This document shows positions 18,317-27,536 of a DNA stretch of 64,000 nt, piece by piece (positions within the stretch are counted from its first letter, which is position 1; every line of letters begins with the position of its first letter). The DNA lies in the NCBI GenBank assembly GCA_965261395.1, contig OZ253462.1, forward strand, positions 2,336,001-2,400,000. Reading direction: 5' to 3'. The translations under genes and the position numbers were made by a program. This DNA comes from Candidatus Latescibacterota bacterium. GTDB lineage: Bacteria > Latescibacterota > UBA2968 > UBA8231. The notes under the pieces were generated by a model, which saw only the letters and a program-made list of their open reading frames with translations, did no database searches and had not been told where the DNA came from.

Positions 18317-19045
18317 GTGACTGATAACAGGGAAGTTATGCTGCAGAATTACACCAGGCGCGAATTTCGCCAAGGCCTTGAAGCAGGGAAATTCCAGGCC
18401 GCTATCATCCCCACCGGCAGCATCGAGCAGCACCTCGAACACCTGCCCTTTGAGCACGATATTGCCTCGTCAACTTGGGTGGCGCGACAAGCGGCCCTGC
18501 GCCTGTACCCAAAGGTGATCGTGGCCGTGCCCATGGCCGTCGGCATTTCCGAGCACCACATGAAGCACAAGGGCAGCCTCACGGCCAAGCCGGGCTCGTG
18601 GCTGGCCGTGCTCTTCGACGCGGTGGAATGTTTTGCCCGCCACGGCATTGAGAATATCCTGATCCTCAACGGTCATGGCGGCAATGTGCAACCCGTGAAT
18701 AGCATAATCCGTCAGTGGCGTCTCTTTTTTGAGTCCACTGCTCCGGGGGTGAATCTGCACTTCCACCCCTATTGGAACCTAATCCCTAGGGCGCTCATCG
18801 ACGAGCACATGGTCACCAAGAGCGCTCCGGGACACGCCCAGGAATTCGAGACCTCGCTGGCCATGCACATGTTCCCAGAGAAGATCCGGCGGGACGCCAT
18901 GCAGGACCAGGAGGACAGGACGCCCCTGGAGGCCGATGCGGAAAAAGGCAGGATTTTGTCCGAAGAAGCGGTCAATCGGGTAGTGGAATACCTCGAGGCA
19001 ATGATGGAAGGGAAAACCCTGCTGGACGTGGGGGAGCGGTACTAG
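18317..19045 (+). CDS. Creatininase-family amidohydrolase
   Basis: PTGSIEQHLEHLP..D, GISEHH, NGHGGN, HAQEFETS. Strong RBS before the GTG. Confidence 0.9.
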   Translation: MTDNREVMLQNYTRREFRQGLEAGKFQAAIIPTGSIEQHLEHLPFEHDIASSTWVARQAALRLYPKVIVAVPMAVGISEHHMKHKGSLTAKPGSWLAVLFDAVECFARHGIENILILNGHGGNVQPVNSIIRQWRLFFESTAPGVNLHFHPYWNLIPRALIDEHMVTKSAPGHAQEFETSLAMHMFPEKIRRDAMQDQEDRTPLEADAEKGRILSEEAVNRVVEYLEAMMEGKTLLDVGERY

Positions 19046-19064
19046 AAGCCCACAGAACCACAGT

Positions 19065-19658
19065 TCAAATGTGGGGCCCTCGCTCCCGGATGACGCGGAT
19101 CGCCAGATCGGGATCAACCTGTACAATCATCTCCGGTTCAATGGCTAAGTTGCTGATCTCAAATCCGCCCAAAGCACTGCGGCCGTGCCAGCCGGAGCGG
19201 CCGTCGGCTTGGCCCTCCTTGGCGCGACGCGACAGGGGGCCGCCGAATACATCGTGCCAGACTTCCGTGTATCCGTCCACCACCCGGGGAGCGTTGGTAA
19301 AGGACTCTTCGCGGTGGGCCGAATGCACCATGCCGATGCACTTGACGCAATACCAGACGTCGTTCAGCGTGCCAAAGGGGTGCAGACCCCAGTGCAGCAC
19401 GTAGATGTGCTTGTGCCCCACGTCCCTGCCGGCCCTGTATCCTTTCTCTACCGAGGACTCGTCGTTGGTGACCGGCCCCTCGCCAGCTCCCGACCCCGAG
19501 AAAAAGAGCAAGCCGGAAGGAGTGAAGATGAGTCTGGGAATGCGGTTGGTCTCGGGGGCGATGGCGTCTTCTCTGCGGCCCAAGTCGATGCCGAGTTCTT
19601 CGAGGCGTTCGTACACATCGTAGTCGCGTTGCCAGCGTCCGGGCAGTTCAAGTTGCAT
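19065..19658 (-). CDS. Divergent RidA/YjgF (Atu1372-like) family protein
   Basis: ATG 19658 after AAGGAGGT. RLEELGIDL, LFFSGSG, VKCIGMV.S..FT..PRVVDG....DVFG..HGRSALG. Confidence 0.65.
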   Translation of the reverse strand: MQLELPGRWQRDYDVYERLEELGIDLGRREDAIAPETNRIPRLIFTPSGLLFFSGSGAGEGPVTNDESSVEKGYRAGRDVGHKHIYVLHWGLHPFGTLNDVWYCVKCIGMVHSAHREESFTNAPRVVDGYTEVWHDVFGGPLSRRAKEGQADGRSGWHGRSALGGFEISNLAIEPEMIVQVDPDLAIRVIRERGPHI

Positions 19659-19687
19659 GAGAACCTCCTTTTGGTTTTCACATGGTA

Positions 19688-21118
19688 TTAATTTCTGGAA
19701 AGGCTGTCCAGCAGTGTTTCCGGCAGGGCTTTTGCCAATCGGTCTGGAAAGACTGTGACGCGGTCCCCATACCGCTGGCGCAGATCGGCGATCCACGCGT
19801 CAAAGCGCTCTTTTTCCAGCGCCTTCCTCAGGGCGACCTCCGCCCTCCTGCGGGCTAGCTCAAAGGGTTCCCGCCGAAACATCTTTCCGTTTTCCTCGTA
19901 GAACCTTCGGACATCCGCCTCGTCAATGGCGATCTGGTCGATCACTTCCCGCTGTCTTATACCCCAGACCAGCAACTCCCGTCTGGTTTTCTCGACCCAC
20001 TTTATCACCTCGGGATCTTCCGGGAGGCCGAGGCGCTCGGCGGCTGCCACAAAGAGAGCGGGCTGCTGCAAAAAGCGGCGTCCGAGCAAACCGATAAAGA
20101 CGCTGTCCAGCAAGGCCCGAGGCGCTCTGATCCTGTGCTGGCGCAATACCGCCATGTAGTCCGCCAGAGAAATGGCCCCACCCTCGTAAGTGAAGAGTGG
20201 CACGCGCTCTTCTTCATCGGTCAGCTGCAACTTTCCGCTCTCTCCCAAGGCCGAGCCTTTATCCCTCAGCAGAGTCGCCCCTGCAGAGACCAGTTGCCAG
20301 TTGAATTCGCGCGCCAGAACGCCTGCTTGCTCCTCTTCGAGGGCCCGTTGCTTCTCTTCCTGCAACTGCGTCTTTATGTCCTCTCGGTGAGTCTGCAGAT
20401 CCGTGGACCGGTCTTCTAAAAAGCGGATTAGGTGATAGTTGTGGCCCCGGCGAAGAGGGGGCGATATTCGGCCGGTGCTAAGCGTGTCGAATACTTCCGC
20501 GGGGATCCCCAAGAGCCGTTCGGCAGCAGCGCGGGTGACAAACCCCAACTCGCCTTCCCGCAGGGCCGACCAAGTGTCGAGCGAATGCTTTCTGGCCAAC
20601 TCGCCGAAATCGCTCCCGGCTTCGAACTGGGCGCGGATTCGCTGCGCTTGCTCCTGAGTCCGCACTAAAATGGCGGTGACCCGGCGTTCCCGCGCCATAT
20701 CCTGCCGGTTGAAGAACTGGCGGATCTCCTCCTCGGACACTTGTATCCGGGGCAGGATCTCCTGGTCGCGATAGAGGGAGAGGAGGTGTTCTCTTCTTTT
20801 CTGGTCGAGTGTTTTGAGCAAATCGGGGTCCTGATCCAAGCCTTTTTCATAGGCCTCGAGAAGCGCGATTTCCCGGTCGACCAAAGTCTGTAGATAATCC
20901 TCCCGGGCCCGCTGTCCTTCTTCATCGCTGACCAAGCTCGGCACGAGACGGCGCACGAAGTGGCGAAGTTCCTCGACGGTGATTTCCCTAGTCCCAACTA
21001 TGGCCACAGCCGTTTTCCCGTGGTTTTGGGCGCAGGCCGTCAGCAGAACCACTATCAGTACGAGTCGCGTCCGGGGCGAGATCCAGCGCTCCGGCGCAAC
21101 AGCCAGTCCCATTTTCAC
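19688..21118 (-). CDS. Parvulin-type peptidyl-prolyl isomerase lipoprotein (PrsA/SurA-like)
   Basis: Lipobox LTAC, SurA-N-like helices, rotamase segment GSDFGELARKHSLD...GELGF...GRISPP. Confidence 0.85.
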   Translation of the reverse strand: MKMGLAVAPERWISPRTRLVLIVVLLTACAQNHGKTAVAIVGTREITVEELRHFVRRLVPSLVSDEEGQRAREDYLQTLVDREIALLEAYEKGLDQDPDLLKTLDQKRREHLLSLYRDQEILPRIQVSEEEIRQFFNRQDMARERRVTAILVRTQEQAQRIRAQFEAGSDFGELARKHSLDTWSALREGELGFVTRAAAERLLGIPAEVFDTLSTGRISPPLRRGHNYHLIRFLEDRSTDLQTHREDIKTQLQEEKQRALEEEQAGVLAREFNWQLVSAGATLLRDKGSALGESGKLQLTDEEERVPLFTYEGGAISLADYMAVLRQHRIRAPRALLDSVFIGLLGRRFLQQPALFVAAAERLGLPEDPEVIKWVEKTRRELLVWGIRQREVIDQIAIDEADVRRFYEENGKMFRREPFELARRRAEVALRKALEKERFDAWIADLRQRYGDRVTVFPDRLAKALPETLLDSLSRN

Positions 21119-21469
21119 TTCCTCGATTCAAAGTGGGTAGACAGGTGTCGAAAGAAAAGTAGGATGGGCCAATAGGTGTATCAAGATATAAGATATTTCT
21201 AGCCGAGGGTAAGAATTTGGTTGAACCCTAGGCTGAAAGTAAATATATTGGGGAGAAATTCCGCAGCTATTAGGCGTACGGCCTTTGTAACGATCATCGT
21301 AAGTATGACCTAAGTACCAGAAAATAATCAATATATATTTCTCTAGGTCGATTTCCTAAGTCCCTTCCCTTGGGGCTATTCAGGGCCCTTTAGGGAAAGT
21401 CATCTGGTCTATTTGCACTGGTGTAGCGGATGGACCATTTACCCACTTCCTCAAAGGAGTCGAAACGAG

Positions 21470-22381
21470 ATGAGATTATTTTCTTCTATCCTAGTGCTGA
21501 GCCTGGCGGTCCTGTTAGGGGCAGCGCCAGCCACGGCCGATGCGCCGGATTACTTCGCCATCCACATTCCAGCCGGAGTTGCCCAACAAATGGAGATTGA
21601 TGGGGAACTCGGCGACTGGAGTTGGTTCCCTAGTTACGCCATCATTCCCCGGGACGCGCTGCTCAGCCGCGCCGGCCCGGACGGGCTCGACTTGAATGAT
21701 TTCGACGTCACCATCTGCGTGGCGTGGACTGGCGTCGACGAGGGCAATCAACTCTGGTTCGCGATCAACACGTTCGACGACTTCTACGATCGCGACTTGC
21801 TGCGCGGCAGCCGCACGGTCGGCGACGACGGCTGGACCTTTGCTTCGGATCCCGATCACAGTGGCGGCGGAATCGATCCGGACGGGGTGTACAGCAACGG
21901 CCAGGAGTGGACGTTTCAGGCGGCCGGAGATGCGGATGTGTTTGTCCTGCAGGGCTTCAGCGACAGCTACTCTCAGTTCTGGGCCAACCAGCCGCCCCAC
22001 CTCGTCTTCGCCACTGGCCCGGCCAGCGACAAGCCGTGGAGCCACGGCGATGAAAATGTGACCATTAACTACGAATGGCGCATGACCTTGTTCTCTTTCT
22101 TCGACGCGGCCGTCTCGACCGGTGAAGGCGGAGCCGAGACCAGCACGGTCATGGATCTGACTGAGAACGCGAAGACCCACCTCATATTCCAGGGAGACGA
22201 CTGGGACGGCGGCGACAGTTGGGACGGCGCTTGGGCCACATCGAACGAGAGCGGAGCGACCGGCAACGGGGATTCCATGAATAGCTTCACCCTCATCGTC
22301 GACCCCGATGTCGAGGCCGCTGCCCCCACCGCGGTCGAGTCGACTACCTGGGCTCGCATAAAGTCCAGTCTCGCAGACTAA
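21470..22381 (+). CDS. Secreted acidic CBM9/DOMON-like protein with C-terminal TAVESTTWARIK motif
   Basis: ATG 21470 after AAAGGAG. Signal peptide ending ATA-D, EIDGELGDW, DPDHSGG, YEWRMTLF. Confidence 0.75.
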   Translation: MRLFSSILVLSLAVLLGAAPATADAPDYFAIHIPAGVAQQMEIDGELGDWSWFPSYAIIPRDALLSRAGPDGLDLNDFDVTICVAWTGVDEGNQLWFAINTFDDFYDRDLLRGSRTVGDDGWTFASDPDHSGGGIDPDGVYSNGQEWTFQAAGDADVFVLQGFSDSYSQFWANQPPHLVFATGPASDKPWSHGDENVTINYEWRMTLFSFFDAAVSTGEGGAETSTVMDLTENAKTHLIFQGDDWDGGDSWDGAWATSNESGATGNGDSMNSFTLIVDPDVEAAAPTAVESTTWARIKSSLAD

Positions 22382-22399
22382 CGGCTCATCTGTACCTAT

Positions 22400-22478
22400 C
22401 CCGGGATTCCACCCAGCGTGGGGAGTGTCTCGGGGCTCGAGTACCAGCGGTTCGGCCGGGACACCGGCTGGACCGCTG
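22400..22478 (+). promoter_or_regulatory. Two intergenic RNA hairpins (stabiliser or partial terminator)
   Basis: 15-bp stem CAGCGGTTCGGCCGG-GACA-CCGGCTGGACCGCTG (22445-22478, two G-U pairs), preceded by an imperfect CCCGGGA...TCTCGGG stem. Confidence 0.55.
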
Positions 22479-22499
22479 TATTGTATGAAAGAGTGATCT

Positions 22500-22916
22500 A
22501 TGCTGAGGTGCGCGCATTTGCTCCTGCTCGGCACGGGCATCTTTCTGTCGAGTGGCTGCGAAAAAGAGATTGATCTGTCGACTCTACCAAAGGACACCGG
22601 GGAAGGTGAGCCCAGCCGCTTCATCAAGTTCGTCAATTCCTTCCGCGGCGAGGTAGAGGTGAGTATCGCCGCCTGCTTCCAGAGATTCCGCCTCTTGTCC
22701 GACCAAATCCAATCGATCGAGTGCCTGATCGAGGAGGATGTCAATGCCTTCGACGTCGTCGTCGTGTGGCTGGATCCACCCGTTGGACAAGGGTATGCCC
22801 CGCCTCCGCCCAAGACCGTCACCGTGTCGTACGGGCAGGTCGTCGAAATCAGGAACGTCCCGGGAGGGACGGGTAGTGGCTTCATTATCCTAATCGACGG
22901 TCGTCGCCAGAACTGA
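22500..22916 (+). CDS. Small lipoprotein of unknown function, paralog 1
   Basis: Lipobox LSSGC. Shares VNSFxxExExxIAACxQ and IECL with the next gene. Confidence 0.7.
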   Translation: MLRCAHLLLLGTGIFLSSGCEKEIDLSTLPKDTGEGEPSRFIKFVNSFRGEVEVSIAACFQRFRLLSDQIQSIECLIEEDVNAFDVVVVWLDPPVGQGYAPPPPKTVTVSYGQVVEIRNVPGGTGSGFIILIDGRRQN

Positions 22917-22927
22917 ACAGAGCCGGC

Positions 22928-23329
22928 ATGGGAATACTGCGCGTATTTCTCATCCTAGCACCAGCGGCCATGCTGGGCGGCTGTGAAGAGGAGATTCCGC
23001 TCTCTACCGAGACGACCCGCGCCGGAGAAGGAGCGGTCGAACTCCGGGTCGTCAATTCGTTTATCGACGAAATGGAGATCGCTATCGCCGCCTGCCAGCA
23101 GCGCGCCCGGATCGAGGCCAAGAGCACGGCGGTGATCGAATGCCTGCTCCGAGATACCTCGACGCCATTTGAAGTGGAGATAGCTTGGCCCGGTACCCCC
23201 CTGAACGCGCAAGGTGAGTCATCCTTTCCCCCGCAGACAGCCCTTGTGGTCCCCGGCCAGATCATCCGCATTGGCATCGCACCTGAAGGGGTCGAGGGTG
23301 GATTCACAATCAAGGTTGCCGCACAGTGA
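22928..23329 (+). CDS. Small lipoprotein of unknown function, paralog 2
   Basis: Lipobox LGGC, colinear similarity to the 22500 gene, stop overlaps the next start (GTGA). Confidence 0.7.
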   Translation: MGILRVFLILAPAAMLGGCEEEIPLSTETTRAGEGAVELRVVNSFIDEMEIAIAACQQRARIEAKSTAVIECLLRDTSTPFEVEIAWPGTPLNAQGESSFPPQTALVVPGQIIRIGIAPEGVEGGFTIKVAAQ

Positions 23330-25116
23330 GTCGCGCCCGGTACATGGCTATGCCGTCTAAATCCCTCTTGCTGATTGCCCTCTTGGTCGGAGAATCCGCG
23401 GGCGCCCGGGAAGTACTGGTTTTTGGCGGCAGTGAGCGTCCGTGGCAAGCGTGGGGTACTCTGCGCGCCATCGACTTGACGAGTCGTCCGGGTTGGCTAC
23501 AGCCCGAGCGCATATCGCCCGACGAAAATCTCAGCTTGAGAGCTCTAGCCGAAGGTGGCAATATCGATAGCCCGCAGCCTTCGGTCCAAGGTCTGGCCGA
23601 TCCCCAGACCGGCTTGGGGGCGCTGATCGACGGAGAAATCGCCACGATTTTTCCCATTGAGCACTCTAGACAGATAGGGGGGCGCATCATTCTGGATCTG
23701 GGCCGGGTTTTCAGTGGTGTCTATCAAATTTCGTTCTATCCTCGCATTGAGCAGGGAGACCGATTTCTGCGGGGATACGAACTGTACGTCAGCGACGAAA
23801 GCGACCCGTTGCGGGGCGATCCAGTCTGGGATTTGGCGGCCCGAACGACCCGCAACGAACGCGAAGTGGTCACAGTCGACATCGCGCCCCGCTATGTCCG
23901 GTGGGCCATGCTGATATTCACAAGTCCCCTGCCTTGGGAAATCGCCGAGTTAGAAGTCTATGGCCAGGGCTTTGCACCGCGGGCGGTGTACACGTCCAAC
24001 GTCATCGATTTAGGCGGCCTAGCCACCCTGGGAACGCTGACTTGGGCAGCCCAGACCAATACGGGGGGCGCTGTTCAAGTCAGCACCCGCAGTGGCTCCA
24101 CAGCCGATCCCTATCTCTACTACCGGCGTCGGGGGGCTACGCTCGAAGAAGTGGGGAAAGACCAGTACGACAACCTGAGGGAAAACCAACGGGTAAAACG
24201 GCCCGATCTGGCAAACTGGAGCCCCTGGTCGCCACTGCACACAACGAGTGGTTCGCGCATCCGCTCGCCAGCACCTCGGCGCTATTTCCAGTTTGCCGTC
24301 GAATTGGTCAGCGATCGCTTTGCAGCGGCAGCTCAGGTGGATTCGCTCGCCTTTGAAATTTCCTCTCCGCCACCAGCCCACGAAGTAGTGGCCGAAATCG
24401 AGCCGCAATTCGTCGTCGCCGGGGAGACAACGCCCTTTACCTACCATGTGCGACCGCGCATCCTAGATGACGATGCGGGCTTTGATGCCGTGGAATTGTC
24501 CACTCCGACCTTGGCTCGTTTGAGGGAGCTGACTATAGGCGGTACACCAATAGAAGACTTTACCTGGGAAGCGACGGATTCCCTACTGACGGTGCGCTTT
24601 CCGAATCATCCCGTCGTAAAAGACGGGGTACTGGTAGAATTGAAATTCGATGCAAAGGTGATCGAATTCGGTACCCTTTTTTCTTCCCGAGTGTTCGCCA
24701 GCCAGTCCACTGAACTAGCCCAAGATGTCCTGCCCGGCGATGCCAGCATCGAACTCAATACCAATCACTTTTCGGTCGAGTTGGAATTGGACAATACCAT
24801 TCTGGGCGACTTGGCCATTGTGCCCAACCCCTTTACACCCAACGGCGACTCGCTCAACGACCGGATGCGCATTCAGTACAGCATATTCAAACTCGTCCAA
24901 CCCGTATCCGTCGAGGCGGCTATATACGACCTTGCGGGGAGGCGAGTTCGGGCGCTTTTCAATGGCTTGCAAAGCAGCGGTTTTCACGCGGTGGAGTGGG
25001 ACGGTAGAGAGGGCCAGGGCTCCTTAGCCGCACCAGGGTTGTACATATGTCGCATAAGCGTAGATTCGGCCACGGGGGCCAACGAAAGGGCCGTACCTGT
25101 GGCTCTGGTCTACTGA
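23326..25116 (+). CDS. Secreted discoidin-like protein with C-terminal FTPNGD/FlgD-Ig domain (type A)
   Basis: Signal peptide, WEIAELEVYG, SNVIDLG, NWSPWS, SPAPRRYFQF, PNPFTPNGD..ND, IYDLAGRRV, WDGR, PGLY; ends LVY. Confidence 0.8.
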   Translation: MSRARYMAMPSKSLLLIALLVGESAGAREVLVFGGSERPWQAWGTLRAIDLTSRPGWLQPERISPDENLSLRALAEGGNIDSPQPSVQGLADPQTGLGALIDGEIATIFPIEHSRQIGGRIILDLGRVFSGVYQISFYPRIEQGDRFLRGYELYVSDESDPLRGDPVWDLAARTTRNEREVVTVDIAPRYVRWAMLIFTSPLPWEIAELEVYGQGFAPRAVYTSNVIDLGGLATLGTLTWAAQTNTGGAVQVSTRSGSTADPYLYYRRRGATLEEVGKDQYDNLRENQRVKRPDLANWSPWSPLHTTSGSRIRSPAPRRYFQFAVELVSDRFAAAAQVDSLAFEISSPPPAHEVVAEIEPQFVVAGETTPFTYHVRPRILDDDAGFDAVELSTPTLARLRELTIGGTPIEDFTWEATDSLLTVRFPNHPVVKDGVLVELKFDAKVIEFGTLFSSRVFASQSTELAQDVLPGDASIELNTNHFSVELELDNTILGDLAIVPNPFTPNGDSLNDRMRIQYSIFKLVQPVSVEAAIYDLAGRRVRALFNGLQSSGFHAVEWDGREGQGSLAAPGLYICRISVDSATGANERAVPVALVY

Positions 25117-25128
25117 GAGGACGAGAAC

Positions 25129-27525
25129 GTGGACATGGGCACGGGGCGCGCCAGCAGAAAAGCAACTTCAACTGTTTTGTACCGCACAGCGAAGATACTC
25201 GTCGTTTGCGCCGGCCTTTTCCTCCTCAGGCCTTGGAGTGCGCCGGCTGGTGAAATCCGCTTCAGCCGCTCGTCGCAGTGGCGCGAGTGGAGCGCACCCG
25301 AGGGGACCATCGCGATTTCGCCGGACGGCCGAGTCAGCCCGGTCTTCATCCGCAAATCGATCAACGCGGCGCTCAATGCCGGCCAGTTCGCAGTACTGGG
25401 CGACTTCGGGGACGAAGAAGAGCGCTTGGGCGGCATAAGTGGGGCTGGCACGAATCCCGGAATGGCCGGTCTCATTCTCGACGGCGACGAGGAGACGTTT
25501 TGGACCCCTGCCGTCGGCGCTGCTCTCGACGACTGGTGGGTGGAAGTGGATCTGGGTCGGGCAGTCTCCGCCACGGAGATCGCGGTAAAATTCGCTCGCT
25601 CGGGCAATCCTTTCAGCATGTTCCAAGTCTTCGTCTCTACGGGCGAGGAAGCAGTCTATTTCGGCTCCGGACTTAAGAAATACAGCCTATTGGCCGAGAC
25701 GACCCGTCCCAATACTAGGTACGAACTCACTTATCCGCTCTTGCCGCAGGACGTGAAATTGAGCGGTCGAGGCGAGCTGACCTTTAGGCAGTTCGTGCGC
25801 TTTGTTTTGTTCCGGGCCTTGCGCACAGCCGAGAATCCGCGCTTGGCCGAAATCGAGGTCAGAGCCTTGGGCGACAATATCGTCTTGGGCAGCGAGCAAC
25901 GGGGTGGCGGCGCTCTCATCGCACCGGCCGGAGGCGACGAAAGCGAGCCACCGACCTTTGCTTCGGATATCATAGACGGGAATTACAATACGGGCTGGAA
26001 TTCCCTGGGAAATTTCGTCGGCGACCCCAAGCGGTGGGGGTGGGTCAATATAGACCTGGGAACCCTATTCTGGGTAGACCATGTGCGCATCGTCACGTCT
26101 TTCGGGTTCACCGGTAAGCGCAATGTTCCGGTCTTCGGGTACAAACTCTTTGCCTCGGACGGGACGCGCAGCAGCGGCGCAGGCGCGGGCGAGTTTGTCG
26201 ATTTCGACGACCTAGTCTGGGAGGAGATTGCCGAACTCGAAGACAATCCCGCTCCCGAGCGCTTCATCTTTGAAGAGCACCTGACCCCGCGCAAGGTGCG
26301 CTACCTGTTCTGGTCGAATCGCAACCAGCGGGGCACGGGCGTTTCAACCGTGCGGGAGATCCAGGCTTTTGGGGAGGGTTTCATTCCGGGCGTCACCTTA
26401 ACCTCCGGCTTGATAGATCTGGGCGGTGCCAAAAATCTGACGGCCATCCACTGGAGCGGAGAAACGCCGCCGGCCACTAGACTGGCGGTGCGCACGCGCA
26501 CGGGCAATGAGCTAGGCGAGAAACGGCACTACTTCGACAAGGAGGGCAATGAATACACCGAAAAGGCTTGGGAGAAGCTGCCGCCCTTCAAACGCCAGAA
26601 AGAGCCCACCGTCGAACTCATCCCGGGCGCGGGATGGAGTCCGTGGAGTCTGCCCTACGAGTATTCGGGCGCTCGCTTTCAATCGCCCAGCCCCCGCAGC
26701 TATGCCCAGATACAAGTGGAGTTGATCAGCGATGATCCGCAGCGGGCTCCGGCCTTGTCCAGTGTGGCGCTCGAATTCACGGACCCAGCGGCCGAACAGA
26801 TCATCGCCGAAATCGTCCCCCGGATAGCTACACCGGGACAGACGGAAGAATTCTCCTATTTCATCCTCCCTAGTTTCGGGTCTGGGAATCGCGGTTTTGA
26901 CCAGATTTTGATTCGCGTTCCGACCGATCCTGTCTTTCGGGGCCTGAAACTAGACCACGAGGAAATAGATCCCGTTGCCGTGCGGGCCGCGGCGGACTCA
27001 CTGGTCGTCACCCTGCCGACTGCGGTGCAGTCGACGCAACTGATCGAGGTGAATTTCGCCACTCAAGTCTTCCTCAATGCCACCCTCTTTGAGGGTTTTG
27101 TACGGCGCTCGGCTGAGCCGGACTCTTGGCAACAGATTGATCCGGGCGATGCGAGCCCGGACGCTCTAGGCGACGATCTGAGAGTTTTCCTACCGGCCAG
27201 TAGCAGCGGTCTCCAAACCCCGACAATCAATCCATCGGTGATCACCCCGAACGGAGATGAGCGCAACGAACAGTTGACTGTGCGCTTTGCGCTGGTCGGC
27301 TTGGAGGCGTCCCGCCAACTCCGGGCCGCCGTGTACGATCTGGGTGGTCGACTGGTCGCCCGGCTGCGCGACCAGTCCGGGTCTAGCGGGGAGTACGCCC
27401 TTTTGTGGGATGGCCGCGATGGGGCGGGAAATATGGTGCCCCCTGGGGTGTACCTGTTCCGCCTGAGCATCGACAGCGATAAGCCGACGAGGGCGTTTAC
27501 GCGACTCGTCGGGGTAGCCTACTGA
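25129..27525 (+). CDS. Secreted discoidin-like protein with C-terminal FlgD-Ig domain (type B)
   Basis: WREWSAPEG, WWVEVDLGR, RLAEIEV, TRTGNEL, WSPWS.PY, SPSPR, ITPNGD, YDLGGRLV, WDGRD; ends VAY. Confidence 0.8.
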   Translation: MDMGTGRASRKATSTVLYRTAKILVVCAGLFLLRPWSAPAGEIRFSRSSQWREWSAPEGTIAISPDGRVSPVFIRKSINAALNAGQFAVLGDFGDEEERLGGISGAGTNPGMAGLILDGDEETFWTPAVGAALDDWWVEVDLGRAVSATEIAVKFARSGNPFSMFQVFVSTGEEAVYFGSGLKKYSLLAETTRPNTRYELTYPLLPQDVKLSGRGELTFRQFVRFVLFRALRTAENPRLAEIEVRALGDNIVLGSEQRGGGALIAPAGGDESEPPTFASDIIDGNYNTGWNSLGNFVGDPKRWGWVNIDLGTLFWVDHVRIVTSFGFTGKRNVPVFGYKLFASDGTRSSGAGAGEFVDFDDLVWEEIAELEDNPAPERFIFEEHLTPRKVRYLFWSNRNQRGTGVSTVREIQAFGEGFIPGVTLTSGLIDLGGAKNLTAIHWSGETPPATRLAVRTRTGNELGEKRHYFDKEGNEYTEKAWEKLPPFKRQKEPTVELIPGAGWSPWSLPYEYSGARFQSPSPRSYAQIQVELISDDPQRAPALSSVALEFTDPAAEQIIAEIVPRIATPGQTEEFSYFILPSFGSGNRGFDQILIRVPTDPVFRGLKLDHEEIDPVAVRAAADSLVVTLPTAVQSTQLIEVNFATQVFLNATLFEGFVRRSAEPDSWQQIDPGDASPDALGDDLRVFLPASSSGLQTPTINPSVITPNGDERNEQLTVRFALVGLEASRQLRAAVYDLGGRLVARLRDQSGSSGEYALLWDGRDGAGNMVPPGVYLFRLSIDSDKPTRAFTRLVGVAY

Positions 27526-27536
27526 GGCGATTTTCC

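Noticed and set aside
21119-21469. Riboswitch or ncRNA in the AT-rich leader (ACGAT-C-ATCGT palindrome, imperfect stem at about 21364-21399)
   Set aside because: No recognisable riboswitch consensus. An Rfam/Infernal scan would be needed; treated as a divergent promoter region.
21515-22885. 456-aa minus-strand ORF
   Set aside because: Antisense to two genes with signal peptides; its composition is typical of a GC-rich shadow frame.
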